Shown here one piece after another: positions 18,090 to 29,500 of a DNA stretch of 29,938 bases. The stretch is taken from positions 1 to 29,938 of the forward strand of contig JBBQFN010000049.1 of assembly GCA_038321985.1 (NCBI GenBank). Direction: 5' to 3'. This stretch comes from Cyanophyceae cyanobacterium. GTDB lineage: Bacteria > Cyanobacteriota > Cyanobacteriia > Cyanobacteriales > Laspinemataceae. Under the pieces are notes generated by a model. The model saw only the letters and a list, made by a program, of their open reading frames with translations, searched no databases and was not told the DNA's origin. Position 1 is the stretch's first letter; each line of letters starts with the position of its first letter. The translations under genes were made by a program, and so were the position numbers.

Positions 18090-18860
18090 CTATAGCCTAT
18101 CATCAACTCCAGACCCTTGGGACAATGCCCACTCCATTTGTGTCAAGATTCCGCGCAACATGGCGACTTCTTGAGTGGATAATTGGGCGCGATTGTACAA
18201 GCGTCGGAATTTTTCCAATCTCCGGGCCGCAGTATGAGGATAAATATACCCAATCTCTAGCAATAATTGCTCTAAGTGCTGATAATATCCTTCTAATTGA
18301 TCCAGGGAGGCGGTGGGGACATGAGTCTGGGTCGTAATCGGGGACGCAATAGCTGGAGTCTCTCCGGCAATTCCAATCGCCTGCTGGTAAAGTTCGGCGG
18401 CGCAAACTGCGACGGATTGGGCCAAGTTTAAGGAGGGATACTCGGGACTGGAGGGAATTCGCACGAATCGCTGGGCATAGTTTAATTCATCGTTGCTCAA
18501 TCCTCGGTCTTCGCGACCAAAAATTAAGGCTGAGGGGGTTTCTAAGAGCCAGGGTAAGGCAATGCGGGGATGTTCTAATGCTGTGGGTAAGGACCGGGAT
18601 CGCCCGGTGGTTGCGATCGCCCGTTGACATCCCGTTAGGGCTTCCGGTAGTTCGTTGACAATTTGTGCCGCTTCTAAAATATCCGCCCCATGTACGGCCA
18701 TTTTGATCGCCGATTCATCCTGGCGATCGCACTGGGGATTCACCAGTATTAACTGAGACAACCCCATATTTTTCATGACTCTAGCGACGGAACCCACGTT
18801 CAAAGGGCCAGCCGGTTCTACGAGCACGATCCGAATTCTGGCTAATGCGCTTTCATCCAT
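18090..18860 (-). CDS. trmJ: TrmJ/LasT-family SPOUT tRNA methyltransferase
   Basis: 256 aa with IVLVEP..PLNVGSVARVMKNMG, FGREDRGLSNDEL, YPSLNLAQSV and EVAMLRGIL. Confidence 0.88.
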   Translation of the reverse strand: MDESALARIRIVLVEPAGPLNVGSVARVMKNMGLSQLILVNPQCDRQDESAIKMAVHGADILEAAQIVNELPEALTGCQRAIATTGRSRSLPTALEHPRIALPWLLETPSALIFGREDRGLSNDELNYAQRFVRIPSSPEYPSLNLAQSVAVCAAELYQQAIGIAGETPAIASPITTQTHVPTASLDQLEGYYQHLEQLLLEIGYIYPHTAARRLEKFRRLYNRAQLSTQEVAMLRGILTQMEWALSQGSGVDDRL

Positions 18861-19080
18861 GTTAGGAATTAAAGAAGGGGGATGCAGATCAGTTTTGCAG
18901 ATTGTGGATTATAGAGGAATAGAGGACCCAAAGTAAACGGTGGGTTCCGGTGAATCCACCGATCGCGCGCCTGGGTAACCGATGCCAGATTTCAGCAAGT
19001 TTTTAGAATATTGGGGATGGCAGCAGTTTATTATCTATAAAGCCCAACGGCTTGCCCTGTGTTTGGACTTGGATATACCC

Positions 19081-21741
19081 ATGAGCGATCGTCCCTCTGC
19101 ATCTACCCCGAGTGATATGACTGGGATTAAAACCACCCAGACCAATATTAGCAATGCTGACTATCGAGAACTGGATCGCGATCGCCTCTCCGCGATGTAC
19201 CGGCATTATGCGGAAGTTAAGGATCAATATCCCCATTCCTTGTTGTTGTATCGGGTTGGGGATTTCTTTGAAACCTTTTTCCAGGATGCGATCGTGGTGG
19301 CGCGGGAACTGGAGTTAGTTCTCACCAGTAAGCAAGGGGGAGACGTGGGACGAGTGCCCATGACGGGTGTACCGCACCATGCGCTAGAACGATATGCCAT
19401 GCAATTGGTGGATAAAGGATTCTCGGTTGCCGTGTGCGATCAAGTGGAAGATGCGTCGGAGGCGAAAGGGTTAGTCCGGCGGGAAGTGACTCGGGTCATC
19501 ACTCCGGGTACTCTCCTCGAAGATGGGATGCTCAAAGCGCGGAGTAACAATTTTTTAGCCGCAGTCGTCATGGCGGGGAATCAGTGGGGATTGGCTTATA
19601 CTGATATTTCTACGGGGGAATTTTTCACCACCCAAGCTGAGGACTTAGAACATCTCGCACAAGAGTTAATGCGTCTGCAACCGTCGGAAGTGCTAGTGCC
19701 GACGAATGCACCGGATATTGGTACTTTATTAAGACCCGGAGAAAAATCGCAACATCTCTCGCCTTATCTGCCATCGTGCTTTTGCTATTCCCTGCGATCG
19801 CAAAAACCGTTTACCTTAGTCGAAGCTCGTCAGCGTATTTTCCAATATTTCAAACTCCGGAGTCTGGAAGGGGTCGGGTGTGAAAATCTCCCTTTAGCAG
19901 TGCGTGCCGCAGGGGGTTTATTAGAATATTTAGAAGCGACTCAAAAGGAAAATCGCATTCCCTTGCAATTGGTTCGCAGTTATACTCTGGCTGATTATTT
20001 AATTGTAGATGCTCAAACTCGCCGCAATTTAGAAATTACTCAAACTGTGCGGGATGGCACATTTTATGGGTCGTTGTTGTGGGCAATTGACCGAACAAAA
20101 ACCGCCATGGGAGGGAGAGCATTACGCCGTTGGATTTTGCAACCCTTGATCCAACTTAAAGGAATTCGAGCGCGACAGGATACCATTGAGGAATTGGTTC
20201 AAAAAACGGAACTGCGCGAAGAAATTCAAACCCTGTTATCGCAAATTTATGATATTGAACGACTAGCGGGACGGGCGGGTTCTGGAACAGCAAATGCCCG
20301 AGATTTAATCGCCCTAGCTGAGTCTCTCGCAAAATTGCCAGAACTAGCACTGTTGGTACAAACCGGGTTTACTCCTTATTTGAAAGCATTACAAACGGTG
20401 CCTTCTGAATTGGAGGAGTTAGGGCATCATCTAAAACGAGCGATCGTCGAAGCACCTCCGATACATTTAAGTGATGGGGGGTTAATTCGCCCGAATATTT
20501 ACGAAGCGCTGGACGAGATGCGATCGCTAGTAGAAGGCGATCAACAATGGTTGGCAAATTTAGAAGTGCAGGAACGGGAACGCACCGGCATTTCCACCTT
20601 AAAAGTTGGGTATAATAAAACCTTTGGTTATTATATCAGTATTACCCGGTCAAAAAGCGAACAAGCACCGGCAGATTATGTGCGGCGGCAAACTTTGACC
20701 AATGAAGAACGATATATTACGCCGGAGTTGAAAGAACGAGAATCGAGAATTCTGACAGCACAGGAGGATTTGAATAAATTAGAATATGAGATTTTCGTAG
20801 AGTTGCGATCGCAGGTGGGAGAATATGCTGCAATGATTCGCAATGTGGCTAAAGCAGTAGCAGCGATCGATGTCTTGTGTGGATTAGCTGAAATTGCCAT
20901 TGATCGCGGATATTGCCGTCCAGAAATGGTAGAAAATCGCGAAATTAGAATTATTAATGGTCGTCATCCCGTGGTGGAATATTCAATTCCTGCGGGGTTA
21001 TTTGTGCCAAATTCGACGCGATTAGGTAATGCAGAAGATCCAGGACTATCCGAAGGCAATCACCTTGTGCCGGATTTAATTATTTTAACCGGACCGAATG
21101 CTAGTGGCAAGAGTTGCTATTTACGGCAAGTAGGATTAATTCAGTTATTAGCGCAGACGGGAAGTTTCATTCCGGCAACATCTGCCACTTTAGGAATCTG
21201 CGATCGCATTTTTACCCGAGTTGGTGCCGTGGATGACCTAGCAACGGGTCAATCTACCTTTATGGTAGAAATGAATGAAACCGCGAATATTCTTAATCAT
21301 GCTTCTCCTAAATCCTTAGTATTGCTCGATGAAATTGGCCGAGGAACTGCAACCTTTGATGGATTATCTATTGCCTGGTCCGTTGCCGAGTATTTAGCTA
21401 CAGAAATTCGCTCTCGCACCATTTTCGCCACCCACTATCACGAAATGAATGAACTAGCATCAATCCTGTCCAATGTAGCAAACTATCAAGTTACCGTCCG
21501 GGAATTAGCCGATGAAATCGTATTTTTACATCAAGTGCAACCCGGGGGTGCGGACCGTTCTTATGGCATAGAAGCAGGACGCTTAGCCGGGTTGCCTCCC
21601 GTGGTGATTCAACGAGCAAAAGAGGTGATGAGTCAGATTGAAAAGCACAGTAAAATTGCTGTCGGACTCCGTAAAGGGGCGAAGCGAGAATTACCAAATT
21701 CAACCGAACCGACAGAACAATTAGATATGTTTGATTTTTAA
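19081..21741 (+). CDS. mutS: DNA mismatch repair protein MutS (MutS1)
   Basis: GDFFETF mismatch-binding motif, [11 protein letters not shown], Walker [37 protein letters not shown] and a C-terminal clamp-binding-like QLDMF. The likely start is ATG 19081; the track starts at 18982. Confidence 0.97.
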   Translation: MSDRPSASTPSDMTGIKTTQTNISNADYRELDRDRLSAMYRHYAEVKDQYPHSLLLYRVGDFFETFFQDAIVVARELELVLTSKQGGDVGRVPMTGVPHHALERYAMQLVDKGFSVAVCDQVEDASEAKGLVRREVTRVITPGTLLEDGMLKARSNNFLAAVVMAGNQWGLAYTDISTGEFFTTQAEDLEHLAQELMRLQPSEVLVPTNAPDIGTLLRPGEKSQHLSPYLPSCFCYSLRSQKPFTLVEARQRIFQYFKLRSLEGVGCENLPLAVRAAGGLLEYLEATQKENRIPLQLVRSYTLADYLIVDAQTRRNLEITQTVRDGTFYGSLLWAIDRTKTAMGGRALRRWILQPLIQLKGIRARQDTIEELVQKTELREEIQTLLSQIYDIERLAGRAGSGTANARDLIALAESLAKLPELALLVQTGFTPYLKALQTVPSELEELGHHLKRAIVEAPPIHLSDGGLIRPNIYEALDEMRSLVEGDQQWLANLEVQERERTGISTLKVGYNKTFGYYISITRSKSEQAPADYVRRQTLTNEERYITPELKERESRILTAQEDLNKLEYEIFVELRSQVGEYAAMIRNVAKAVAAIDVLCGLAEIAIDRGYCRPEMVENREIRIINGRHPVVEYSIPAGLFVPNSTRLGNAEDPGLSEGNHLVPDLIILTGPNASGKSCYLRQVGLIQLLAQTGSFIPATSATLGICDRIFTRVGAVDDLATGQSTFMVEMNETANILNHASPKSLVLLDEIGRGTATFDGLSIAWSVAEYLATEIRSRTIFATHYHEMNELASILSNVANYQVTVRELADEIVFLHQVQPGGADRSYGIEAGRLAGLPPVVIQRAKEVMSQIEKHSKIAVGLRKGAKRELPNSTEPTEQLDMFDF

Positions 21742-21767
21742 ACAGGGTTTGAATCTTAAGAGAAGAA

Positions 21768-21812
21768 CCCAACCCTAACCCTCCCCTTGGCAAGGGGAGG
21801 GTTAGGGTTGGG
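21768..21812. repeat. Perfect 22-bp inverted repeat between the convergent mutS and phoD-like genes
   Basis: CCCAACCCTAACCCTCCCCTTG-G-CAAGGGGAGGGTTAGGGTTGGG; the core resembles the cyanobacterial CCCTCCCCTT..AAGGGGAGGG dispersed repeat. Confidence 0.85.
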
Positions 21813-21820
21813 CCGCCAAT

Positions 21821-23467
21821 TTATGCCAGGATAATACTCGTTTTTAACAAGGAAAGCTCCCCATTTTCCTGCCAATCTCCCCCGTACAAATCAAAGCAGA
21901 CTTCCATCCCTCCAGATTCCTCTTCTGTAACCCGAAGAATCCCAAAATTATTATAACGACAGATTGCCAAATTTTCAAAATGATAGGGAATATTTTCTGG
22001 AAAGTCGCCTAAATATCCTTCGGTTTTGACTAGCATTTCCAAAATCCGCCGTTCCAATGCTTTCATGTGCGCGTAAGCAATCCCACTAGAGGTGACTTGA
22101 AATACATTCGCCCCGGGAAAATCAGGATGAGACAGTTTAAAGGCTGCCCCAATATGAACATCTCCACTAATAAAAATAACCGATCGCTTCGTCTCTTGGG
22201 AAAGCTGAAACACCGATTTTAATAAATGATTACGCTCGTTCCAGTTACTTTCATGTTCCCAATGGTCTCGTTGATCATCTTGATATCCAAATAAACTCAA
22301 GTCTATTTTATTAATTACAAAACTGCTTAAATGAACCACGGGTACCGGAGATACAATAAATAAAACTTGAACATCGGATTGGTACTGTTCGGCCATCCAT
22401 GCTTCAAATCGACTCCATTGTTCTAAACCTAATGTTCGGGAGTATTCGCGATTATAATTGCGATGTCCGCGCATATCTAAAACATAAAAACTACATCCTC
22501 CGCAATTCATTCCATAATCAAACTGATTATTGACAAAATCCGTCGGAGGATTATGAGAATGTTCGTATTCCCAATAGACTTTTCGGGCCGCCTCAAACAT
22601 TTCCTCCGCAAAATTCAATTGTTCAGACTTATTTCTCAGTTGCCAGGAGACATCCAGCAAACCCGCCAGTTCATCCGGTGTATAAGAGCCCCATCCATCT
22701 AGAATTTCGTGATCATCCCAAATCATATAAGTTGGAAAGCTGCGATAAATGCGCTGGACTTCTGGAATTCCCCAATACCCCCGATAAATATCACGATACC
22801 AAGTTACCATATCCTCGCGAGTCGGACCCTGGGATTTAACTTTACGCAACCATTCCCAGATACTTAAATCAGGGTTGCCATCCACATACACTTGATCTCC
22901 CGTTGCCAGAACGAACCGCGCATTCACTTGAGAAAGTTCTTGATGGAATCGACTCCACATTTCCACATTGGTCAGATGACGCCCTTCATAGGGCATATGA
23001 CAACTATAGATGCCAAAATTAACTGTTTTTGGATGTTCCGGAAATGTCTCAAACCATAGAGGTTCATGATGTCCCAGTTCCCACGGAGAATCCCGGTTGG
23101 GGTCAAATAAGGCGTAATAATAGCGGCATTCCGGAGTCAGATTCATCAATTCCGCTATCCCGGTGAGGTCGGTTTCTGGCGTGAGTGAGAGGGGCAGAAC
23201 GATTTCTGGGGAAAATTCTTCTGTATGAGTTGGGGTCGTTAAGCGGATCTTATATTCACGGCGATCGCCTAAAATCAACAACGGAATTCCTTGCGTCGGA
23301 ATGGGGCTGCAAGAAACTACTAACCAGTAATCTCCTGGTTCACAGACACAGAACCACAGGCGCACACTCGTGGGGGTTGTATGACCGATAATACTGGTTT
23401 GCTCTAAGCGTGAATTCGGCCAAGGACGCTGTTGAGCATCATAAAACTTCAGAGGGCGATTCATCAC
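21821..23467 (-). CDS. phoD: PhoD-family metallophosphoesterase with no evident export signal
   Basis: 548 aa with YSC, GDQVYVD, WDDHE, LDMR, DHWE and SGDVH in PhoD order. No twin-arginine or hydrophobic N-terminus. Confidence 0.82.
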   Translation of the reverse strand: MMNRPLKFYDAQQRPWPNSRLEQTSIIGHTTPTSVRLWFCVCEPGDYWLVVSCSPIPTQGIPLLILGDRREYKIRLTTPTHTEEFSPEIVLPLSLTPETDLTGIAELMNLTPECRYYYALFDPNRDSPWELGHHEPLWFETFPEHPKTVNFGIYSCHMPYEGRHLTNVEMWSRFHQELSQVNARFVLATGDQVYVDGNPDLSIWEWLRKVKSQGPTREDMVTWYRDIYRGYWGIPEVQRIYRSFPTYMIWDDHEILDGWGSYTPDELAGLLDVSWQLRNKSEQLNFAEEMFEAARKVYWEYEHSHNPPTDFVNNQFDYGMNCGGCSFYVLDMRGHRNYNREYSRTLGLEQWSRFEAWMAEQYQSDVQVLFIVSPVPVVHLSSFVINKIDLSLFGYQDDQRDHWEHESNWNERNHLLKSVFQLSQETKRSVIFISGDVHIGAAFKLSHPDFPGANVFQVTSSGIAYAHMKALERRILEMLVKTEGYLGDFPENIPYHFENLAICRYNNFGILRVTEEESGGMEVCFDLYGGDWQENGELSLLKTSIILA

Positions 23468-23672
23468 GGGTTGTCGTCTCCATTGCAGGGATAGGGAAGG
23501 ATAATTATATTATCTAGGCAATGGACCTTTTGCAAAACTCTAAAAAGCCCCCCTTCTTCAGGGAGGCTAAGTGGATCTTTTCCAAGTTAGGTTTTGGCCG
23601 CCTTGCCTTCATCCAGAAACTCAGTTTCTGAGACTCTGCTTTTTTAAGGGGGTTTTGTAGGTCCTAACGGGC

Positions 23673-24322
23673 TTAAAATCGGGCGATCGCTGCAACCGCA
23701 ACCTCTCCTGGTATTTTCTCCTGGGGTTCCACATATACTGTCCCCCCGTTAATCGCCGTATAAACTGCGGCAAAGTCTAAGAGGTCCTCATCATCCGGTT
23801 GCGCTTCTTCATGAATTTCTACTGTATTTGTTTCCGGATCGAACTGTCCCCATTGATGTTGATCCAAGGCAACGAACAAAGAATTTAGGCGTTGATAATA
23901 CGCAGCAGAAACAATTTCCTCTAGGTCGGTGACTGTTTTTTCCGGTTGAGCACCGCTGAGGTCTTGGTAGAGCTGCTCCGCTTCTGAGGACTGCTCAAAA
24001 TAGGGCTGGACAATCTCCCATGTGAGACTTTGCAATTCCTCCGGTTTAAGCATTTTCGGATTGCCTGTCATGCCATCGGCCAGCAAATGCTGATAAGAGT
24101 TGGCCTCATGATAAAGGGGCATTAGGTACTCCACACCGGCCAAAACCAGGGGTGCATCTTCATCTTTAAGGCAAGCGAAAATACCCTTATCTACCTGATG
24201 AAAATACTGCAAAATATCCAGGTAAATTTTATCCACATCCGGGCTACCCTGTCCATGATAAGCCCCCGCTTGCGTTGCTGGGTTCCGAGTTCCCCCGTTC
24301 GAGGTGAAAATGCAGCGATTGC
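23673..24322 (-). pseudogene. 5'-truncated, frameshifted baeRF-type (bacterial archaeo-eukaryotic release factor-like, family 3/7-like) gene
   Basis: The ORF 24236-23673 has PLVLAGVEYL, GNP, DLLDFAAVYT..NGGTVY and VAAIARF. The same frame extends upstream as TSNGGT...YHGQGSPD with no further start codon (stop at 24347-24345), and QSLHFH lies in another frame at about 24322-24305. Confidence 0.7.
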
Positions 24323-24428
24323 CACTGACGGAATCGGATAAAAATTAAGATAATTTGCAGGGTTTGCCAAGTGGGGAACCCGGAGGCGATCGCCCCCAGG
24401 AAAGCGAAAGATTCCCCTGCCAAACCCC

Positions 24429-24929
24429 TTATAGCGGACCCCTCACCAGGCTGACAATCCGTTCTAGAATGTCCGAAATAGGTAGAGAAATATCCAAATG
24501 AATAGCCTCTTCTGGCGTCGGTTCTTCTAAAGCCTCAAATTGACTATTTAGCAAATCTAGGGGCATAAAATGCTCGGATCGCGACTGCATTCGTTCCTCT
24601 ATCATCGCCTGGGAACCCTTCAAATAAACCAGCTTAATCGGTTCCAAAGAACAATCCAAAATTTCGCGATAAGATTGCTTCAAAGCCGAACAAGCGAGTA
24701 CGACATTTTTATCTTGCTGTAACCAAGCTGAAATTTGTTGACGCATCGCCATTAACCAGGGGTGGCGATCGCACTCCTCTAAGGGAATTCCCCGACCCAT
24801 TTTCTCCACATTTTCCCGGGAATGTAAATCATCGGCATCGATAAACTGCCAGTCTAACGCCTCTGCCAGACGCTTCCCAACGGTTGTTTTACCCGAACCC
24901 GATACTCCCATGATGATGACAATTGTCAC
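24429..24929 (-). CDS. gntK: Gluconokinase (GntK/IdnK family)
   Basis: 166 aa with MGVSGSGKTTVG, DADDLH, KM..GIPL...DR.PWL, ACSALK..YR and HFMP..LL.SQF..LE.P. Confidence 0.93.
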   Translation of the reverse strand: MTIVIIMGVSGSGKTTVGKRLAEALDWQFIDADDLHSRENVEKMGRGIPLEECDRHPWLMAMRQQISAWLQQDKNVVLACSALKQSYREILDCSLEPIKLVYLKGSQAMIEERMQSRSEHFMPLDLLNSQFEALEEPTPEEAIHLDISLPISDILERIVSLVRGPL

Positions 24930-25233
24930 CCTTAATGCTCCTTTTTTTCTTGACTATAATGATCCGGGGCGATTCGTGAATCCCCCGAACCCCAAGGATT
25001 GAAAACGGGTATGATTCGTTTCCCTTACTACAACTACCCTGATGAGGTGCAATTTCACTATTATAAAGCATCTCAACCCCTGAGATAAAGCGCGCCAGTC
25101 ACTGTATCCGGATCAACCTGACTTAAATTTACCCCATTTAGGGGTTTCGGTAGATAATAGGGAAAGGACTCAGCCTGAAAACAGGCCAAGTTAGGATTAC
25201 CCAGTTGAATCAGCCGTCAAAACCACCACAATT

Positions 25234-26583
25234 ATGACAATGACCCCTGATATCCGTGACTTTTATCGGGCGACTAAACCCGATCGCGCCTTGGTTTGTG
25301 CGGACCCCCAGGACCGGAAATATTACATTGATTTTTCTACGGTTCGCGGCGGCGAAATTATTGATAAACTTAAGACAAAAATTACATTTTTTGAACCCGA
25401 TCGCCCGACTTGTGCTTTGTTTACAGGTCATATTGGTTGTGGGAAATCGACGGAACTTTTACGGCTGAAAATGGAATTGGAAAAGGCCGGGTTTCATGTG
25501 GTTTATTTTGCTTCCAGTGAGGACTTGGAACTGACGGATGTGGATATCGTGGATGTCTTGCTGGCGATCGCCTCTCGCATCTCCCAAAGTTTAGAGACCA
25601 TTCAACTGATGCAAACGAGCAAGCTCAAAACGTTTCTGCAAGAGGCTTCTCGGGTTCTCAATGCCGACATTCAGGAAATCAGCGGCAAAATTCCTTTCCT
25701 GGGAGAGGTGGGAATTAGCGGACAAGCAGACAAGTTAACCTTGTCTCTGGCAATTGGAAAAATTACCGCGCAAGTCAAGCAAGATGCTTCTTTACGGAAA
25801 AAGCTGAATCAGTTTTTAGGTCCCCAAAAGCAACAACTGCTGGATGCCATTAATCAGGAGTTGATTGAACCGGCGATCGCCCAATTAAAAGAACAAGGAA
25901 AGCAGGGTTTGGTCGCCATTGTAGACAACTTGGACCGCCTCGATAATAGTCCGAAATTCGGGGGGAAACCGCAACAAGAATATCTATTTGTGGACCAAGG
26001 AGAATATTTAAGTAAGCTGAATTGTCATCTGGTTTATACCCTGCCTTTGGCGCTGAAATTCTCCAATAGTTATGGAATGCTGACACAGCGATTTGAAGAC
26101 CCGAAAGTGTTGCCAATGGTCCCGGTGCGATCGCAGGATGGCAGTGAACATCAAGCGGGGATGGCCCTCTTGCGGCAAATGGTCCTAGCGAGAGCTTTTC
26201 CCGACTTGGACGAACAAAAACGCTTAGATGCGATTCCCCTAATTTTTGACAGTCCCGACACTTTAGATCGCCTCTGCCAAATTAGTGGGGGTCACGTTCG
26301 GGATTTACTTAAATTGCTGAATACCTGGATTATGGAAGAAATGCAGTTTCCCCTCCATCGTCCAACCTTAGAAAGGGTGATTCAATCCACTCAAAATGAT
26401 ATGATGATGCCGATTTCTGAGGCGGAATGGGAGTTATTGCGGGAGGTCAAAACTCGCCAACAGGTTAACGATGATACGGGATATCAGCAGTTGATTCGGA
26501 GTCGGTTTGTGTTTGAGTATCGGGATAACGGGAAGGTTTGGTTTGATGTGAATCCAATTTTAGCCGAATCGGGGAGACTATAG
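25234..26583 (+). CDS. P-loop (STAND/AAA-like) ATPase of the type found upstream of cyanobacterial TPR/WD40 genes
   Basis: 449 aa. YYIDFS.VRG, Walker A GHIGCGKS (25426-25449), Walker B AIVDNLDR, SGGHVRDLL and terminal WFDVNPIL. Confidence 0.85.
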   Translation: MTMTPDIRDFYRATKPDRALVCADPQDRKYYIDFSTVRGGEIIDKLKTKITFFEPDRPTCALFTGHIGCGKSTELLRLKMELEKAGFHVVYFASSEDLELTDVDIVDVLLAIASRISQSLETIQLMQTSKLKTFLQEASRVLNADIQEISGKIPFLGEVGISGQADKLTLSLAIGKITAQVKQDASLRKKLNQFLGPQKQQLLDAINQELIEPAIAQLKEQGKQGLVAIVDNLDRLDNSPKFGGKPQQEYLFVDQGEYLSKLNCHLVYTLPLALKFSNSYGMLTQRFEDPKVLPMVPVRSQDGSEHQAGMALLRQMVLARAFPDLDEQKRLDAIPLIFDSPDTLDRLCQISGGHVRDLLKLLNTWIMEEMQFPLHRPTLERVIQSTQNDMMMPISEAEWELLREVKTRQQVNDDTGYQQLIRSRFVFEYRDNGKVWFDVNPILAESGRL

Positions 26584-26585
26584 AG

Positions 26586-29500
26586 ATGACTCACTCCTTT
26601 AATTCAGAACAAATCAGCGAGGAAAATGAGAAGGCTTTAAAAAAATTGGCTTGGGCATTGGAGGCATCTCGGGGGGAGTTTAAGCTGTTTACTGCCCGCT
26701 GTAATTATATCCAATTGCGGGACCGGCTGGCCCAAAGATTGCAACAGCTTTGTTCCGTGGAAATTCGTCGAATTGATGTCAAAGCAGGGGACCGATTGCT
26801 GCATAGCCGAATTCGGGTAGAATTGGGGGAAGAACAACCGGATGCGTTGATGGTATTTGGGTTAGAAGTTGTCACGGATATTCAGACCCTGTTGAGTTCG
26901 GCGAATCAAGTCCGGGAGGAGTTTCAGAACCAGTTTCATTTTCCCCTGGTGCTGTGGGTGAATGATGAGGTGCAGACAAAAATCCGCCAAATTGCGCCGG
27001 ATTTGGAGAGTTGGGCGATTCCGGTACAATTTACGATGGATCGAGAGGCGATCGCCTCTTTTGTCACGGCAACCGCCCAGAGTTGGTTTGCCAATCAACT
27101 GCAACTCACTCGCCAATCTGCCTCGAAATTGCAAGGAGAACTGGCAGCAGCGCAACAGGATTTAATCAGTCAAGATGGATCAGATGAAGAACTCAATGCC
27201 AATTTAGAGACGCTATTTGGGGCGGTTAAATTCATCCTCGATTCCCCGGATTTGGCCCTCGTCCATTATCAACTGGCGGCGAAATGGTGGGATAAATCTC
27301 ATCAGTTAGAACGCCTAGGAAAAATTTATCATCAAATTGCGGTTTGCTATTATATCAAAGCCCGCCAGCAAAGGAATTTAGAATCCTCCGATTGGCAACC
27401 GACTCGGGAAGCTATTTCCCAATGTTTAGCCACCTTTGAACAAACGGAAAACCCCCATTTAATTGCTGATTCCCTAGACAGCATCGGCAAAATATTACGG
27501 CAGTTGCAAGACTGGGAGACCCTGCAACACCTGGCAACCCAGGCGTTATCCATCCATGAAACCCAAAATCAGCCCCAAGAAGCGGCGCGAGATTACGGGT
27601 TTTTAGGGGAAGTTGCTTTATCCCAACAAGATTGGACCCGGGCTAAAGAATTAGCGGAAAAAGCCCTAGAGATTTTAACCTCAAATTTTGGAGTTGTCTC
27701 TGAGTATTTGAGGGGAAACCTTCACCCCCAACCGGAAGAACGCCGAGTTTTGTATGATGCGAGTTTATATTATTTTATTTTAGCCCAAGCGGAGCAGAAT
27801 TTAAACCATCCCGAACCGGCACTCGCTCATTTAGAATCGGCAAAACAAGCGGGAAGTCCGGATAATGATACCCAGCTTTATCTCGATATTATCTGTCAGT
27901 TGCAAGTCCTGTATTTTCAGCAAAAACAATATTTAGAAGCCTTTCAAATCAAATTAACCCGATATTCTGTTGAACAACAATATGGAATCAGAGCCTTTGT
28001 CGGGGCTTGTTGGATTCAACCGCAACGGCAGGAGAGTTTTGGTCTAATTCTAGGGGAAAAGCGAGAAACGGTGGCCCCGGAAATAGCGGCTTCTGGGCGG
28101 ATGCTGGATGTTGAAAAGATTGTCCAAGAAATTGGCGAGAATAATTCCCGAATCCTGGTGATTCATGGACAATCCGGGGTGGGTAAAAGCTCCCTGGTGA
28201 ATGGGGGAATTATTCCTAAATTAAAAGAAAACTCAATGGGATATGAGGAATATTTACCCATTGCAGTGCGAGTTTATACCAACTGGAAAGAAGAATTTGC
28301 CAACAGCTTGGCGGAGGCATTAGCAGAGAAAGGGATAACCGGGCAGCCTGTCCCTGGGTCGGAAAAAGGGCAGTTAGAATCGTTCCTGAAACAGTTGCAG
28401 GAGAACGAGCAACGAAATAGGCGATCAATACTCATTTTCGACCAATTTGAAGAATTCTTTTTTGCTTGTCCCACCCCCAGGGAACGGCGGCAATTTTTTG
28501 ATTTTCTGGGGAATTGTTTGAGCCAAATTGTCAGCATCAAAGTTATTCTAGCCCTGCGAGAGGATTATTTGCACGAATTATTAGCGTGCGATCGCCTAGA
28601 AAGCATGAAGATTATCAACAATGATATCCTCGCGCGCAAAGTCCGTTATCCCCTCGGTAACTTTGTCCCGGAGGATGCTCAACAAATTATCCAGCGCTTA
28701 ACGGAAAAATCACAAATTTGGTTTCCCGATGCCTTAATTAGGGAATTAGTCCAGGAATTAGCAGCGGAATTAGATGCCGTGCGCCCTATCGAATTGCAAA
28801 TCGTTGGCGCACAACTGCAAGCGGAACAAATTACCACTTTAGCGGAGTATCAGGAACGGGGACCCAAAACCGAATTTGTCAAGCGCTACTTAGACGATGT
28901 GGTAAAAGACTGCGGACCCGAAAACCAGCAGATTGGGGAACGGGTCCTGTACTTGCTCACCGATGAAAAAGGCACTCGTCCCCTGAAAACGCGGGAAGAA
29001 ATAGCGCAGGAGTTACAGGAACTCGCCGCCGATTTGACGGTAGAGGTTAGCCAATTAGATTTAGTGTTGAAAATTTTTGTAGACTCCGGCTTAGTGTTGC
29101 TAATCCAGGAAAAGCCAGCAGAACGGTATCAACTGGTTCATGATTATTTAGCTGAGTTTATTCGTAAACAACAACAGCCTCAGTTAGAACGATTAAGGGC
29201 TGAATTGAAACAAGAAAGAACCCAACGGAAATTATTAGAAGTAGAACGTCAAAAGACGAAGGAAGAGTTACAACAGGAAAGAAAGAAAAAGCAAATATTA
29301 GCAGAAGCCAATCAAAAAGCAAAACAGCAAATTCGCCTCGGCACCGGAATTTTTGCCGTCTCTTTAATTGCCGCAACAATTACCGGAGGACTTGCCATTA
29401 AAGCGACTCAAACCCTGGAGGAAGCGCGAGCAGGGACGAGACTTGAACGCCAAGGGTTAGATGCCTTACGACAATTTGAAGCCTATCAAATCGATGGATT

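Noticed and set aside
1306..19080. Long N-terminal extensions in the ORF track (pepF 1306, PEP-CTERM 4350, trx 6392, vipp1 7526, dciA 10421, mutS 18982)
   Set aside because: Downstream starts fit family N-termini or Shine-Dalgarno sites better; the extensions look like longest-ORF artefacts.
1846..29379. Short overlapping or antisense ORFs in the track (for example 3461-3724, 6114-6467, 9671-9970, 14158-14481, 26862-27155, 29158-29379)
   Set aside because: They lie within well-supported genes and have no recognisable motifs; those after 26586 are shadows of the large unlisted plus-strand ORF.
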